DNA from: Pseudovirgaria hyperparasitica
Taxonomy: Eukaryota
Assembly (NCBI GenBank): GCA_010093815.1
Contig: ML996569.1
Length of the DNA: 64,000 bases
Strand: one strand, 5' to 3'
Shown here piece by piece: positions 11,935 to 25,000 of the stretch (positions are counted from its first letter, which is position 1; each line of letters opens with the position of its first letter). Position numbers and translations under genes: made by a program. Below the pieces are notes generated by a model, which was not told the origin of the DNA, ran no database searches, and worked only from the letters and a program-made list of their open reading frames with translations.

Positions 11935-13274
11935 TGTGAGTTGTGGTTTGAGGGTGTGTTGTGGTGGTGAGGCAAGTTATTTGTTTTGTGTTTGAGGAGA
12001 TGTGATGAGTGTTTGATATAGTGCTACTTTTGTTCCGATGTGGTGTGTGAGTGGTATGTATATTGTGTCTCTGGTATCTCCAATCAATGATAGGATGAAA
12101 TACTTGTTTGATGGTTCTCCCGATCACGGCATACCATCCCCTTTATATACCCATCCTAATCCAAACACCCTCCCACCTCCAAGCCACCACATCATACCCG
12201 AGATCTGGGCATCATGATGGCCAAGACCTAGCACCCGACATGTGCACGAATGCCCAGGGGCGCAGCACACTTGGCCAGCGGAGCGGAAGCCCGCCAGAGA
12301 TCATCCATGGACACTCACCAGAAAGGAGACGCGCTAGAATTACCCTATATGACGCCCGATACCTACAGCGCATGAACGCCGCCAAGCCATCCATATGCCC
12401 AGACTATAATAACATATTACGGGCGTCCCAAGAAAGCCTACCTCTTGGCCATGTCTACCCACATGACCTCCACACAGCCCACAAGTCCTAAAGGAGACAT
12501 GTATAAGAACTCAAGGGAACCGCTGACGCATGCCTAGCACGACGACAACGTGGCAAATAGCAACGAGTCCAGCCTTTCAACACACTATTAACCTTAACCT
12601 TCCAGGTAATCTGTCTCCCAAGACACACCACAGCGTGTCCAGTGGCGGGATATAGCAGTGGAGCAATTAAACTCCTGCTGCCAAGGCTTGGAATGAGCAC
12701 GGCACTGTTCGAATGATGGTTCTATGATGCGCTTTGAGATGAAGCGTGTAAATGCTCGGACGAGCAGGTCGAATCGAGAGTCTAGACTCAGTTCAAGAGT
12801 CTAAAAGCCGAGACCGGGTGTTCGGTGCCAAGACCCGGGGAGGATGTGGAATGGTATGATGTCATTCCGCAGGGCAAGATGTGGCGGGGCTAGTGTGGGT
12901 CACGGGACGAGTTCAGGCATTTATTTTTCAGAATTCTGGTGTTGCATTGTAGCCTGAGTCGTGTCTGGAAGGAGCGAGTGTGTATCTTGGAGCTCTCCTG
13001 ACTGGGCATGTGTTTGTTGTTGTTGTACGAAATGAGTGTATAGCGACAAGGGTATCAGACGTCACGTGTTTGACGATATTGATGGTCGAATTGAGATGCT
13101 CCACCATGACGGCATAGCAGGGGGGTCGTTTAACAGAGTGCTCTGCGGGGCATCTCATTCCATCTCATTATCTCTCCATCATCAGCACAATCTCTTTGTG
13201 ACAATTCACTCCCATACCACAATCAAACCCTCAAACCGTGCTCAATTGACAATTTACTATCATTAGCATTCATA

Positions 13275-14044
13275 ATGGCACCCAAGAAAGTCCTCGTCGT
13301 GCTCACATCCCACGACACAATCCCGTCCATCAACAAGCCCACAGGATGGTACCTCGTACGTCATATCATCACACAAACAATATCCAGCCCCGTCTTCCCA
13401 CTAGATATCTGTATGATTCTGACTTTGACATGACCAAACAGCCCGAATTCGCGCACCCATACGACGTGCTCGAGCCCGTTGCCGAACTCACAATCGCCTC
13501 CCCCAAGGGCGGCGTCGCCCCACTCGACCCGGCCTCTGTCGAGATGTTCAAAGACGACTCATCGCAGTCCTTCTTCAAGAACAAAAAAGCCGTATGGGAG
13601 AACACGACGCCGCTCAAGTCGTTCCTCGGCAAAGCGGGCGAGTACGACGCGCTGTTCTACCCAGGCGGCCACGGGCCGATGTTCGACCTCGCGACGTCTG
13701 CCGACAGCATTGCGCTGATCCAGGAGTTTTACAAGGCCGGGAAGCCGGTTGCTGCTGTGTGTCACGGACCGGCGGTGTTTGCGAATGTCGATGTTGATGG
13801 GAGTCCGCTGGTGAAGGGGAAGGAGGTGACTGGGTTTACGAATGTGGAGGAGGATCAGGTGCAGTTGAGCAAGGCGATGCCGTTCTTGCTTGAGGATGCG
13901 CTTGTTGCCAAGGGTGCGAAGTTTGTCAAGGCGGATGAGCCGTGGGGCGAGAAGGTTGTTGTTGATGGGTTGGTGATTACGGGGCAGAATCCCGCGAGTG
14001 CAAAGGGTGTTGGCGAGGCCATCAAGAAGGCCATCGGGGCTTGA
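13275..14044 (+). CDS. DJ-1/PfpI (Hsp31-like glyoxalase III) family protein, 2 exons
   Basis: MAPKKVLVVLTSH..TGWYL, intron, PEFAHPY; YDALFYPGGHGPMFDL; nucleophile AAVCHGP; ITGQNPAS. Confidence 0.95.
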
Positions 14045-14166
14045 GTTTTGAAGGCTTTGCAGATTTCTGTCTGTTAAGGACTATGTGTCATGACCGAAGT
14101 AAAAGCCATGTTCATTCCAACCAAGTCATTGCACCTGGCGTGATTTTTTCCAAGTAATCAGATCCA

Positions 14167-15930
14167 TCAGACAAGGATGAAATCCTGAACGTCGAAAGGT
14201 AACGGCCCCTCATGCAAATGTTCGAGCCATGCCCTATCCCTCTTATCATACTCAACACCCGGGTTCGCCTTCCTGCGAGCATACTCAAGAGCTTCGCCTT
14301 CCATATGACCCCTCACACAACATAATCCCACATAGCGATACTGGTCCTGCACTGCAGTTGGTCTCAGTACCACTGGAACGTCATGTCCGAGAATGATAGC
14401 AATAACGTCCCCTTGGCGCGCATTCGAAGAAGTCATGCCGAACCGCCCATACTCGGTTGTACATGCCCGAAGGCGGGCGAAAATCTCCACTCGCTTTCTG
14501 CCGAAGAAGCTTTCGGCAGCATTTGACTTTTGATATCGGGCATGGGTGAGGATTGCCAACGGATCCATGCACATGGCACTCATTGAAGCTGGATCATCCG
14601 GGTCAAAGACTTTGAGAGATCTGAAGAGGTTGAAGAGGTCGTTATACACCAATTCGGTGTCATTGGGAACGTAGGTCTCCTCTTCGTCATCGGAAATCCA
14701 GGGGACATCGAAGAGCTGGATACGGTCAAAGTAGACGCCCTTGACCGTGAGTTTCTCCATATTGGGGCAGATCTTGACGCTCAAAGATGACGAGCCAGAA
14801 GTGGTGAACTTAGTCCCCTCGTACCGGTGCATTGATGAGTCTTGGCCCTCCAGAGTCCAGTCTGGAACCCAGGACGGCAGGTCTGTGTTCTTGCGACGAG
14901 CCTGTTTGCCTGATATACACGACAGGATTTTCAAGCTTTGGGTGCGTAGAATATGAGACGCAGCCAGTCTTGAAAACACATGTCTGACCGGCAAAGAATA
15001 GTCTGGCAACACAAAGTCTTCGGGCTTGGCCATACCAAGAAGAGAATATACAATGTCAACTTGGTGCGTGCATGCAGCACCGCGTCGAGACTCAAGAAGC
15101 TTGACCAAGTCTGTTCCATCTCTATGATTTGAGTCTTTTCCTATGGCCAGAAACCCACCGAAGGTTGACAGGGCTCGGAGCTGTTTGTTGGAAAGTAATC
15201 GCAGGTAATGAGTTGCATTGTCAAGAAGGTAAAAGAGCGATACCCCAACAGACCAGAGACACCCTTCGACATGGTACGAACCACAATAGAATGTCTTCTC
15301 CTTGGCCAATATAAATTCTTGATATGTCCAGGCCCTGTAGAACCAAGGATGACTGAGCAGACGAGCAAGAGACTTATAAGCTGCGGCCGACGGCTCTGAC
15401 ACGCGCATCTTCCGAAGTGCTCCCCAGATCTCAGACCACTCCTCCGTTTGTCCACCAAGACGATCAAAGAACTCACTGAATTTCGGCCCTGCTGTGAGAG
15501 CAAATGCTTTTATCCAGACAAACGCCTCAGGGGCACCATACCAACGCTCACCGAGCCAAATCAGCACCCCCGAAGCCGACGAATACACCTGGCCCATCAA
15601 CCCAACCTGATGATTCCGCTCGCGTATGTTGCCCTGATCAATACAGATCTTGTCGACCCAGAGCAATCGCGAGCCGAGATCAGGTCGGAACTGGCGGAGC
15701 GCGGCAGCCAGGTTTGGCGTGATCTTCAGCTTTCTCCCGTTGCAGTAGAACGATGCCACGTCTTTCTCGTTTCCCCAGACATATGAGATCGCTTCATAGC
15801 TGGGCGGGTTTGCGAGATCGCATTGGCGCAATCGTGCGTGAATGGTTCTGTCGTTGGGGTGCTTGGGTGGGAGTAGCTCGATTAGTCTGGTCGAGGTGTT
15901 TGACCGTAGCGGCTCGTATGTGAACATCAT
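14167..15930 (-). CDS. HET-domain (heterokaryon incompatibility, HET-6-like) protein
   Basis: YEAISYVWG, LLWVDKICIDQ..ERNHQVGLMGQVYSSA, HPWFYRAWTYQE, DIVYSLLGM, LPSWVPDW, GDVIAIILGHDVPVVLR. Intronless, 587 aa. Confidence 0.93.
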   Translation of the reverse strand: MMFTYEPLRSNTSTRLIELLPPKHPNDRTIHARLRQCDLANPPSYEAISYVWGNEKDVASFYCNGRKLKITPNLAAALRQFRPDLGSRLLWVDKICIDQGNIRERNHQVGLMGQVYSSASGVLIWLGERWYGAPEAFVWIKAFALTAGPKFSEFFDRLGGQTEEWSEIWGALRKMRVSEPSAAAYKSLARLLSHPWFYRAWTYQEFILAKEKTFYCGSYHVEGCLWSVGVSLFYLLDNATHYLRLLSNKQLRALSTFGGFLAIGKDSNHRDGTDLVKLLESRRGAACTHQVDIVYSLLGMAKPEDFVLPDYSLPVRHVFSRLAASHILRTQSLKILSCISGKQARRKNTDLPSWVPDWTLEGQDSSMHRYEGTKFTTSGSSSLSVKICPNMEKLTVKGVYFDRIQLFDVPWISDDEEETYVPNDTELVYNDLFNLFRSLKVFDPDDPASMSAMCMDPLAILTHARYQKSNAAESFFGRKRVEIFARLRACTTEYGRFGMTSSNARQGDVIAIILGHDVPVVLRPTAVQDQYRYVGLCCVRGHMEGEALEYARRKANPGVEYDKRDRAWLEHLHEGPLPFDVQDFILV

Positions 15931-16872
15931 TCACAATGCGAAATGACAATCTGACAGCAAACACACTATACAGACTGTAAAGTCATGAGGAGTCATAACA
16001 AGTATAGAGGTGTGAGTTCCAAGTTGACGCCTGCCTGGACATGCCAAACATGACTAAGACGAATGCAGTAATGTTAGACGAAGGCTTGCACTGCCCCCTA
16101 GCATTTGTGGCTGCAGTGCTGCATACCTGTCAACCTCTCATATCCAACGCACACTTGTAGCTTTGTCCAGACCTTGGAGCATGATTCCCTGTATCAACAA
16201 ACTGACAAAACAGCCTCATCTCAGACCATATAGTCGAAAACCAACACAACCACCCAAAGAAACCACCATCGTCCGAGCCATTCTACCATATGGATACTAT
16301 GCCACCAGCTACAATTTCCTTCCTCTTCAAAAGACATACCATATAATCCCTATTAAAGCCCTGTCAATCCTCAGAACCGTGGACTGGCTATCAGATATTC
16401 GATATGTCCCGCACCAGGAAGTCTTAGAACTGTATGAATAGAACCCAATACTCTGTACACCTAGATCTATAGAGTACCAGGAGGGGCAGGAGGCATGCTA
16501 TTTTATGACATGCCTGTCAGAACAGAAGGTCAAGTTCTCAGAACAAGATATCAACATCAGGCGTCTCCAACACAACGTAACCTCTCACTTGCACACTTCC
16601 ATCACGATATTATTGCACAGAGACACAAGCAAACATCTCCAAACTCCATTCTCTACTCAAGACATGTCCTCCCGATGACCATATATCCCACAACCACCAA
16701 AACGCCCCCAAAGCACCTCTCCTTCAGACCCGCAGCCCCCAACCCGATGTACCTGAACATCCTAGCCAAGAAAGCAACATTAGCACGGTGTCAAATCCAC
16801 TCTCCCCAAAGAACCACAAACATACCTCACACCCCAAACACCACACCATCAAACAACCCCCTTCCACCACAA

Positions 16873-17277
16873 TCAAACAGCCCTCAGACCAACCCAGAGC
16901 AAACCTCCAACCCACACCAGCCCATCCGCCAGCGCGTATCCCAGGGTACGCAGACCCCGCTTGAGCATCCACTTGGCCCAAGTAACGCGGGCCCTTGCAT
17001 GCTGGGAGCTTGTAGGGCGGAATGGGGGACCAGGGGGCAGCACGGCTGCCAAGCGGCGGAAGTATTCTTCTTCTTCTTCCTCTTCCTCTCCTTCTCCGTC
17101 CCGGTCTTGGTCTCCGTCTTCGTCCTCGTTGTTGGAGGAGGAGTAGTATGGTGAGAGGAGAGATGGCGGTGCGGTGGAGGGGGTGGGCGCTGTCGAGGGA
17201 GGAGGGAGGGGGTGGATGACATCGTGAGGAGGGTATGCTGTGTGGAACATGTGGGGGAAGCCCACGAATGTGAGCAT
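16873..17277 (-). CDS. Hypothetical protein with Pro-rich and acidic tracts and a hydrophobic C-terminus
   Basis: ATG at 17277 after a C/A-rich leader; ends in LGYALADGLVWVGGLLWVGL. Low complexity, no known domain. Confidence 0.35.
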   Translation of the reverse strand: MLTFVGFPHMFHTAYPPHDVIHPLPPPSTAPTPSTAPPSLLSPYYSSSNNEDEDGDQDRDGEGEEEEEEEEYFRRLAAVLPPGPPFRPTSSQHARARVTWAKWMLKRGLRTLGYALADGLVWVGGLLWVGLRAV

Positions 17278-18504
17278 TGTAGAGGTGTGATGGTGAGTTG
17301 TGAGAGGTGGTGTCTGGTATGCAAAGGCTTTGAATGGTTGTGTTGAGTGTGTGTTGAATGAGGTTGAAGTAGGTCGAGAGTCAAAGCTTGCGGGAGTAGC
17401 AGAGAAGAGAATTGTGTGGTGCTGATGATCGATAGTGATGATGATGAAGGTCACAGGATAGCTATCGTCTGGTTTAGAGGATGATGTGCGCAGTCTCTGT
17501 TCATTCCTGTCCATGCCAAGACCTGAAATCACACAGTCCGAGCGCCAGTCTTCTGTGATGCCTTCGAATTGCAGCTCCAGCAGAGCATATCTTTCACTGA
17601 ACGACTTTGAACCAGCCTTTTCACAATATATTTCCCTACTCCATCATTCAAACCATTCACCTCCATGATGGCTTCTACACGAGCTGGCTTGAAACCCCCT
17701 GAGCTCGACCCAAATCCGGTCCAGTTCCTGGAGTGATCATACATCACACCTTCGACCTTCACAATTCCCCTATTCTCCCCAGTCGCACGCATTTATGCTG
17801 TTCATACTTGTCCAATGTAGTTCGAACTACGAAGCAGAGCTGAGCCCTCCCGAACCCAGCCTCACCTGTTCGCGTGGGATTCGTGGACAGCAGTGAATAT
17901 TAACAATGTCAAGGCTGACATGGGGATGAACTCACCCGCATACAACTACAGGAAGACCTACGAAGAAGCTGCTGAGACACTTGAAAAGGCCAGAATCCCC
18001 TCATCAAGATCAACGACAACTTCGGACACTCGAGGCGGTATGAAGACCTTATGCATCTGACTGATATGCTATATCCGGACGCAGGAGACAGGAGGATATA
18101 GATCAATATTCCACAGCACGTATAACTGACTCAATCAGTCCATGACCAGAGGAGAAAGAGGCCGTTCGCTATGGTTCTGAGCTTGACTCTGCTAATCGTC
18201 CACTCTAGATCCAGCTCCTACAGATTGCGCCTGAGAGGCCATACCTTGATTCTGGGTCCCACTTGACCCATAGAACGAAAGACCCAATAGACAGAGACAG
18301 AGAAAATGGTCATGTGAAAGAGAACTGAGAAGTGGTGGGAAAAATAGGACCGATCAAGCTCTGAAAAGCGAAAAGGAGCATGCTAGCTAGAAACAACGCA
18401 ACACAACTTAGACAAAGAAATGATCACAGCCACACAGTGATCTGGGGTTATCAGAATGACAATATAGCCGTAGAACCAAAGACGCTGTTCTTGGACAGGG
18501 TTGT

Positions 18505-19244
18505 TCAATGCAAAAAGAGTACATGTAAGAGCTGGTACAAGACACGCACCCTACTCACCGTGTGTGCGTTCTTTGTCACTATCGGGCTTATAGCTTTGAC
18601 ATTCCAGTCTCTTTGAGCGCCATATGTGCCTTCCTCTGTGACCTCATGGTCCGCATTGGAGTTGCAGGCAGACTGAGTGTGTGTGTCCACCAGAAAATCC
18701 TCTAGATTGATGGCCCGTGTCTCTTGCTGCAAAAAATCTGATCCAGTGCCATTCATACCATGATATACCCTATTTGAGACAGTGGAATATCGAAACTCTC
18801 CAGGGATTAGATTTGATATCCATGACATCAGGCGGGCGTAAATATGCTTTACAGAGCAGTAAAGCGCGTTTCCATGAGTCATTGTAGTCCAAGAAGCCGA
18901 GATACCCATAATTTCATTATACCGCATCCCCAACAGCCGCCCGTATTTCAAGAATACCAGTAAGATCATCGCAGGACCGCGTTCAGCGAGACAACTGTGA
19001 TGTCTGTATCGTGGAGGTGCGCAATGCCGCGGCTGAGATCGTTGAGAAACTCAAGTTTGAGATTATACCAGTCCCAAATTCCTCTTAATGGTCTCAAAAT
19101 CGAACCCCGATCCGTGTGAACCAAAATAATCATCCTGAGATATTCTGTATAATTCACTGCTGTCTGCAGCGACTCTTCAGAGATAAAAAAACGTGGTATG
19201 CCGGTGCTATACGGGCTATAAGGGCCCGTACGTATGCGTAGCAA
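18505..19244 (-). pseudogene. Degenerate protein-kinase-like fragment
   Basis: IILVHTDRGSILRPL..W..LKLEFLNDLSRGIAHLHDTDI resembles kinase subdomains V-VIa. The HRD-like motif is lost and the frame is broken. Confidence 0.4.
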
Positions 19245-19289
19245 AACGATGGCCCAGCCAGCAGAGTTGAACCCATGCCAAAAAACGTC

Positions 19290-19390
19290 AAAAAAATGTT
19301 GTACTCTCTTTGATTAAGCGTGTCATCCTTAGTGCAGGGGCCATGCTAATCTTCTCTGTAGTGTTTCGAATTGACCAAGTGCCCGAAGGC
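19290..19390 (-). ncRNA. U6: U6 spliceosomal snRNA, copy 1
   Basis: Minus strand reads GCCTTCGGGCACTTGGTCAATTCGAAACACTACAGAGAAGATTAGCATGGCCCCTGCACTAAGGATGACACGC...T7, containing the ACAGAGA box, AGC triad, ISL and a Pol III terminator. A B-box-like GGTTCAACTC lies downstream (about 19264-19273). Confidence 0.93.
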
Positions 19391-21928
19391 GAAGAAGCTC
19401 CCACTCGGGGAAACTATACTTTGCCCCTGAGTTGTTCACAGCAGCTTTACACAAGGCTTCAGTATGGGCAAATACCCCGCCCCTGCCCTACACCGCACTG
19501 CTTTTCACCCACACAACGATTTACATCTTCACTGAAGCCTGGAGCTGCACAGTCCATAGCCAGATATGGGTGTCACAGTGTAGCTGTAGACTGACTCTAC
19601 TACAACCCTGTCTACAGTGCATCGAGGGCTTGGACAAGGAGTCTTGATCGTAGATGACGGCGAGGACCGACTCTTGGGCTTATGAATCCCAATGAGCTTG
19701 TGTGGCACCTTGAGGCGGTCGCGTCATCACTGCCTTCATCCAGGTGGCTGTCCGGATCCGGTTTAGTTCACCCACAGGACGGGTACAAATTGCAGCTTCA
19801 GCGCAGGTTGACCGTCTCTTTCTTCTTCTCACTACATCCTTCTCTTGAATCAAAGCCCAACTGCCCGGTCTTATCAATTTTTTCCATACTCGGCCTCCCC
19901 TTGAACTCCTGCCATACACCAGACAAACTTGAAGATCGAGTGACCGGGGTTCGGGGGAGGCACAGACAGACAACCAATCTGTATCTGGATTTTCGATGCG
20001 CTCGCTAGGCCACTGCCATTTCAGGCCTGGAGAGTACATCAGGGACCAAGTGTCGACATCAGTTAAGCGGGCCCACTTGTAAGTCCAGCACATCCCTGGC
20101 TGGCGTGGGCCCCAATACATCGATACTCGCATCCGAAGTTGCGGTAAGTAAGTCACTTTGTATCTACACCACCCGGAGCTTGCTAACAAACGTCCGTGGA
20201 GAGATCGTGATCCGATCATCTATTCCTCTCGGATCCGAGCCCTCGACATATTCTGTGAGATCCAGAGTTGGAAAAAGAGCAATGGCGACAGGTCGCTGTC
20301 CAACTCTGGATCTTACAGAGGAATCTCCGTCAGGTTCCTCAACATTTTGAAGACTGTAAGTGACATGATAGTGATGAGATCTTGAACTCTTCACTGACGA
20401 GGATCATAGGAAGTGCCACTGATCAAAGTGTGTGCACTCACCACTCGTAGTAGCCATGGTGAGGGTCATGACAGAGAGACACCAGTATGAAGCTCCAAGA
20501 TCCTATGAATGCGGACGAGAGACTGACAAAGACTCAGCTTCCCCGACAATGAACAGTGTTGGAGGTGTCTCGGGACTCTATCGCAAACAAGCAAGTCGAC
20601 GACGTTCGGCTCACCCGATCCTAGTTCTCTCATATATGATCGACCAGGCGGAGATTGAAACAATCTCTGTCTGGTTGTCCAGCCATGTTTTTATGTGTGT
20701 TGAACAAAGGCGAGGCACTAGGGTCGGGTGAGCAGAGAAAATATGCCGTTGCAGAGTCCGGCGATTGCGACCACAGCGTACTTCAGAGAAAGTTACGATC
20801 TGTTGTTGCAGTCGCCGGACTCTGTACACTAGAGGAACAACTTGGTCATCTGTGAGGGAGACCGTGGTTATCCCTCACAGATGACCGTGGTCATGATATT
20901 AGCGAGGTCGAGAGAACTGTACTGATGACAGAAACTTCAGGTCTTGGCACCATCATATACGCAAACACCCGTCTCACACCAAGTGGGCGGGTATTTGCCC
21001 AATCGTCCTGTCTCTCGAGCGTGAGGAAGATTTCATATGACTCATGATATTTCCTCACGCCCGGGAGACCGATTTTACCACATGAGTCGGTGGCTATGCC
21101 ATTCGCCACAAATACTGGGCTGTTTAGGTGCTCTCAATATAATAATTTTTTACACTTTGTCTTCAATTCGTGGTACAGTCGTGAAGTTGATAGGTAGTGT
21201 GATTACTATGTTCTCCGTGCTGTGATGACTTCAGAAGGTCGTCAGCAGACCTTGCTCATGAAAATCCATCGGAGAATGAGTCGCCGCTAGCCTCAGCGCA
21301 CACAAATTTTGCGTATTCCTTTGTGAACTCCTAGGAACAGCGTGGCAACTTTGCGAGCTCAAAGATCGAGATGCTTCTTGTACTACACATTGCACGCATA
21401 GAATTCTTTTGTTCTCCAATCCCATAAGAAGACGAACACAGTGTAGAGATTTTGCAGATTTGAAGGACGATTGTGCAGATGCGACAGTCACCTCGAACGA
21501 ACGGCCACTGGTCATGTATAGACTTCGAAACCTGAGCGCGAATGCAAGCGGCTCAGTGAAAGCTCCCTTTCTGCTTGAGGTCTCAATATGATACCATGAT
21601 GTCAAGTTCAGAAGTTCAGGGGAAAAGTCATCCGAATCATTGATCAAACGATTGCAGACAGAGGTTCAGTCTGCTGTGAGGCTGTGGTATCTCAATAAAA
21701 CACATACCACAGCAAATTGCCACCTTCATATCCAGGAAACCCAAAATCTGATGCTGAGAAAAAGCCCTTTAAAGCCTCAGACCGAGTAGATGATGGGATC
21801 CCTGACCATATGGCCATTTTCAGTGAGCAAGAAAGACGTTGTCGTCCCCCAGAAAGAGAGCCTTTTACTCGTTGGCGGACAGTGTAAAAGACGATCACAC
21901 CTAGAGTCGAACCTTGGATGAAAATTCC

Positions 21929-22027
21929 AAAAAAAATGGCGGCAATCTCTTAATTGCGTGTCATCCTTGTGCAGGGGCCATGCTAATCTTCTCTGTGTTG
22001 TTTCAAATTGACCAAGTGCCCGAAGGC
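21929..22027 (-). ncRNA. U6: U6 spliceosomal snRNA, copy 2 (variant)
   Basis: Minus strand reads GCCTTCGGGCACTTGGTCAATTTGAAACAACACAGAGAAGATTAGCATGGCCCCTGCACAAGGATGACACGC...T8. TATAA lies about 25 nt upstream and a B box GGTTCGACTC downstream (about 21904-21913). Confidence 0.93.
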
Positions 22028-25000
22028 GAAGTAGGTCCAATTTTCAAAACTTATATTTTGTCTCTTCCGGGAATGATGGCCGTTTTCTGATGTGGTGGAG
22101 CCCCGAAGAGAAGGTTTAAGCGAATCCATTATCATGATCAAACGAATTGTCTGGCTGCATTGTGGATTGTGCAGACAATCCTCCACGTTCGGCCTGCACG
22201 TTTTCAGAATCTTAGGATTTCTAGAGAAAGTCTCAAGAAGCAAGTAGCCAGCCTTTGAACATTTCTCTAGCAGTGGAGTGCCATTTCGATGCTTTGCACT
22301 CGCACACTTGAAGCCATTCAGGTTAGGAACTTCGGCAGGAAGCCTTGAACCTTTACGCGCTGTGCATGAACAAAACAGCACGTTAACCTCGACGATCCAG
22401 GAGGTCACAGAGACTATGTCCTTGTTCGATCGATCCCACCAGTCCTTGGATGGATCTTGCAGGTTTCAGAAGATGCATCAGGACATTGTAGGCTTACAGT
22501 GTCAAATGCTTCTCAGAAGCATGGCACGGCCCCTTGGCGTGGTGAGAGTGTACCTTGGCTGGGTGTCTTTGTTCACACCCCACCACTCTTAAACCGATCC
22601 ACAACTACTACCTCTTCCTTTCAAGTGTATCACAAGATAGTCACTTACCCTCTTGGTATTTCCAAGCTCTTTCAACATCACCTCGACCGTCAGGGACATC
22701 ATGCTCTTCGAGGAACGGTCGATCTGGGACCTTTTCGATCGACAATAATGACCTCAATGACCAAGTTTCGCTTTCTCTTTCGTTCTTGACGGCTTTCACC
22801 GTCGTCTTTCCTCTCGCCACGACTCTCAAAGGAAAAAAGGGATAACTTCTCGTATAAGCTGTTCCAGCGGATCTGGACGAGAATCCTTCGAAAGATCATC
22901 AATTCATGACCGACAGGTAGGTTTGTCCTCCTTTAGGCAGTTTCCTGTTCCCATAGAGACACATCATCTTTACGAAGCTTCTCAAGGTATTTCATGACAT
23001 ACTTTGGGTTGAGCACTATGATCATCACTAACACCAAGCAAAGTAACCCAAATCGCTAATCCGAATAGCCGTATTTGAGTCGTTCACAACCTCAATCTTG
23101 CCACATATATGTCTGCAAGCTCGCTTCGGACCATGAGCACGAGAGTTGCTTGATTCTCAAAGTCACACAGAAAAGCTATCAAACAGGTCTCGCTCCAGCT
23201 TTTATGCGGTCAAGGCAACGTCCTGTTGCACTGAAAAGGCAATCGTCGTGACTCGAGGGAACAGTACCGAATTGTGAGCCGCCTCTCTTAGCTTGGACAG
23301 AAAATCTGACAGACGTCAACCAGTGATATCTATTGAAGTAACTCTGGTGTGTGGACGATGTAGTATCTCCCCTTAAGAGATATCCCCTTGGGTCAAGATC
23401 ACGAATTGAATGCCACGAAATAGTGCGACATATCCCGATATAAACACCCATGAGCGGCGAAGCAAATCTCAACATCTCGATTACTGGAAGACCACCCCGA
23501 TACCAGAGCGCAAGAATGGAGGCGTGGAGGCGCATAGATCCCATATCGAACATGCGGACGATCGTGGCGGCAATGATACTGAGCCTTACGAGACATCATA
23601 CCGAATTTCGCTCACTTGGAATGAGTGTCAGGGATACTCATGGATCCTCTGCTGGTATTGTACTATTGTTCATTTCCGGATGCGGCAAGCATAACTCTGA
23701 GGTCCATGGGATTGGATTTTGTGCTGCATAGCAATCTTGCAGACGACATGGTGATCCAAAGAAATTCCCGGATGCGGATGACCTCTAGAACCTTCAACAA
23801 AGATGAGTTTAACCATTCAGCTGACTACATGCAATAAGTTCGAGTTGTCTATAGCGAAGAAAAACTCGCAAGGGAGCTGGTAAAATTGGTTCCGACCAGC
23901 ATCGCAAACCGGGGTGGGTATCCAGGTCAGACTTCGTCTTTGACACGAAGGTATGGGAGTTCCTTGGATTGCCAGGGGAAAAAAGTGACCTGTATAACGT
24001 AAAGTATCAAGCTCCGAGTTTTTGGTGAGTTTACTGCATTCCCGTCATCAACGCAGCGTTGAAAGCTGATTTTATTCGTGTACAGTTTCGGGTGGGCTCA
24101 TATCGAATGCATCCATCTTTATACTGGAATAAGTGGTAGATTGGCATTCTAGGCGAATTCCAGACAAACGATCATATTGGATAAATTTGCTCGAACTGTC
24201 TGGCGAAAGAAAGAGCATAAGGAAACTATATGACGTGATCCTTCATGCCGAGAGGGTCTTCAGCGTCGACAAGATTGTCGAGAACCCGGCGAGGTGGTCG
24301 TAACAAAGCCCAGACGTCCATATGTAACGGAAAGCCATCATTAGATGACGCCTAATGGATGAATGGGAAACTCCATTCGATGACGCTTGATGAATAAATG
24401 AAAACTCTCATCGCCTACCATAGGAGCCGTGTCGGTCTTCTGAGCTCTTTGGGTCCTCAAGGTTACTTTGCTACGATGCTAGACAATACTAGCATCAACA
24501 TCGAAAGTATCTTAGGCCCATGGGCCTATAAAAGGCTCAGATGTCAATGATGGCCATCGACAGCTTGGGCGACTCCCATACTGATGATCTTAAGATCATA
24601 AATAAGAATGCGAATAGGACGAAGATGCGACAAACGAAATCATACGGAGTGACTGGTACCGAAAACACCAGTAACACCAGTAACACCCTTCAACCAGAGG
24701 GAATTTGATTGTTCCCAGTGAGAAAAGTCCGGGTGCGTTGATGAATGTGTTTCTTACATCGTTGTTGTCGAGATCCAGAAGCCTCCCTCAGGCTGGACGC
24801 AGAAGCCAAGTAAAGTTGCACGTTGAGACACTGTTGTAGCGAAAGAAACCACGAACCATGCGATCGATCCGCCAAAAAGACGGAGAAACAAAGGTTCAGT
24901 CGGGATTGAGGGCAGGGCGTTGTCCATAACAAGGACTTCTCTATGACAGTGTGAATATCGCAACACAGCTCAATTATCAGCTTGCACGTTGAATCGGAAT

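Noticed and set aside
19264..21913. GGTTCRACTC motifs as tRNA genes
   Set aside because: No cloverleaf around them; they are better explained as downstream B boxes of the U6 genes.
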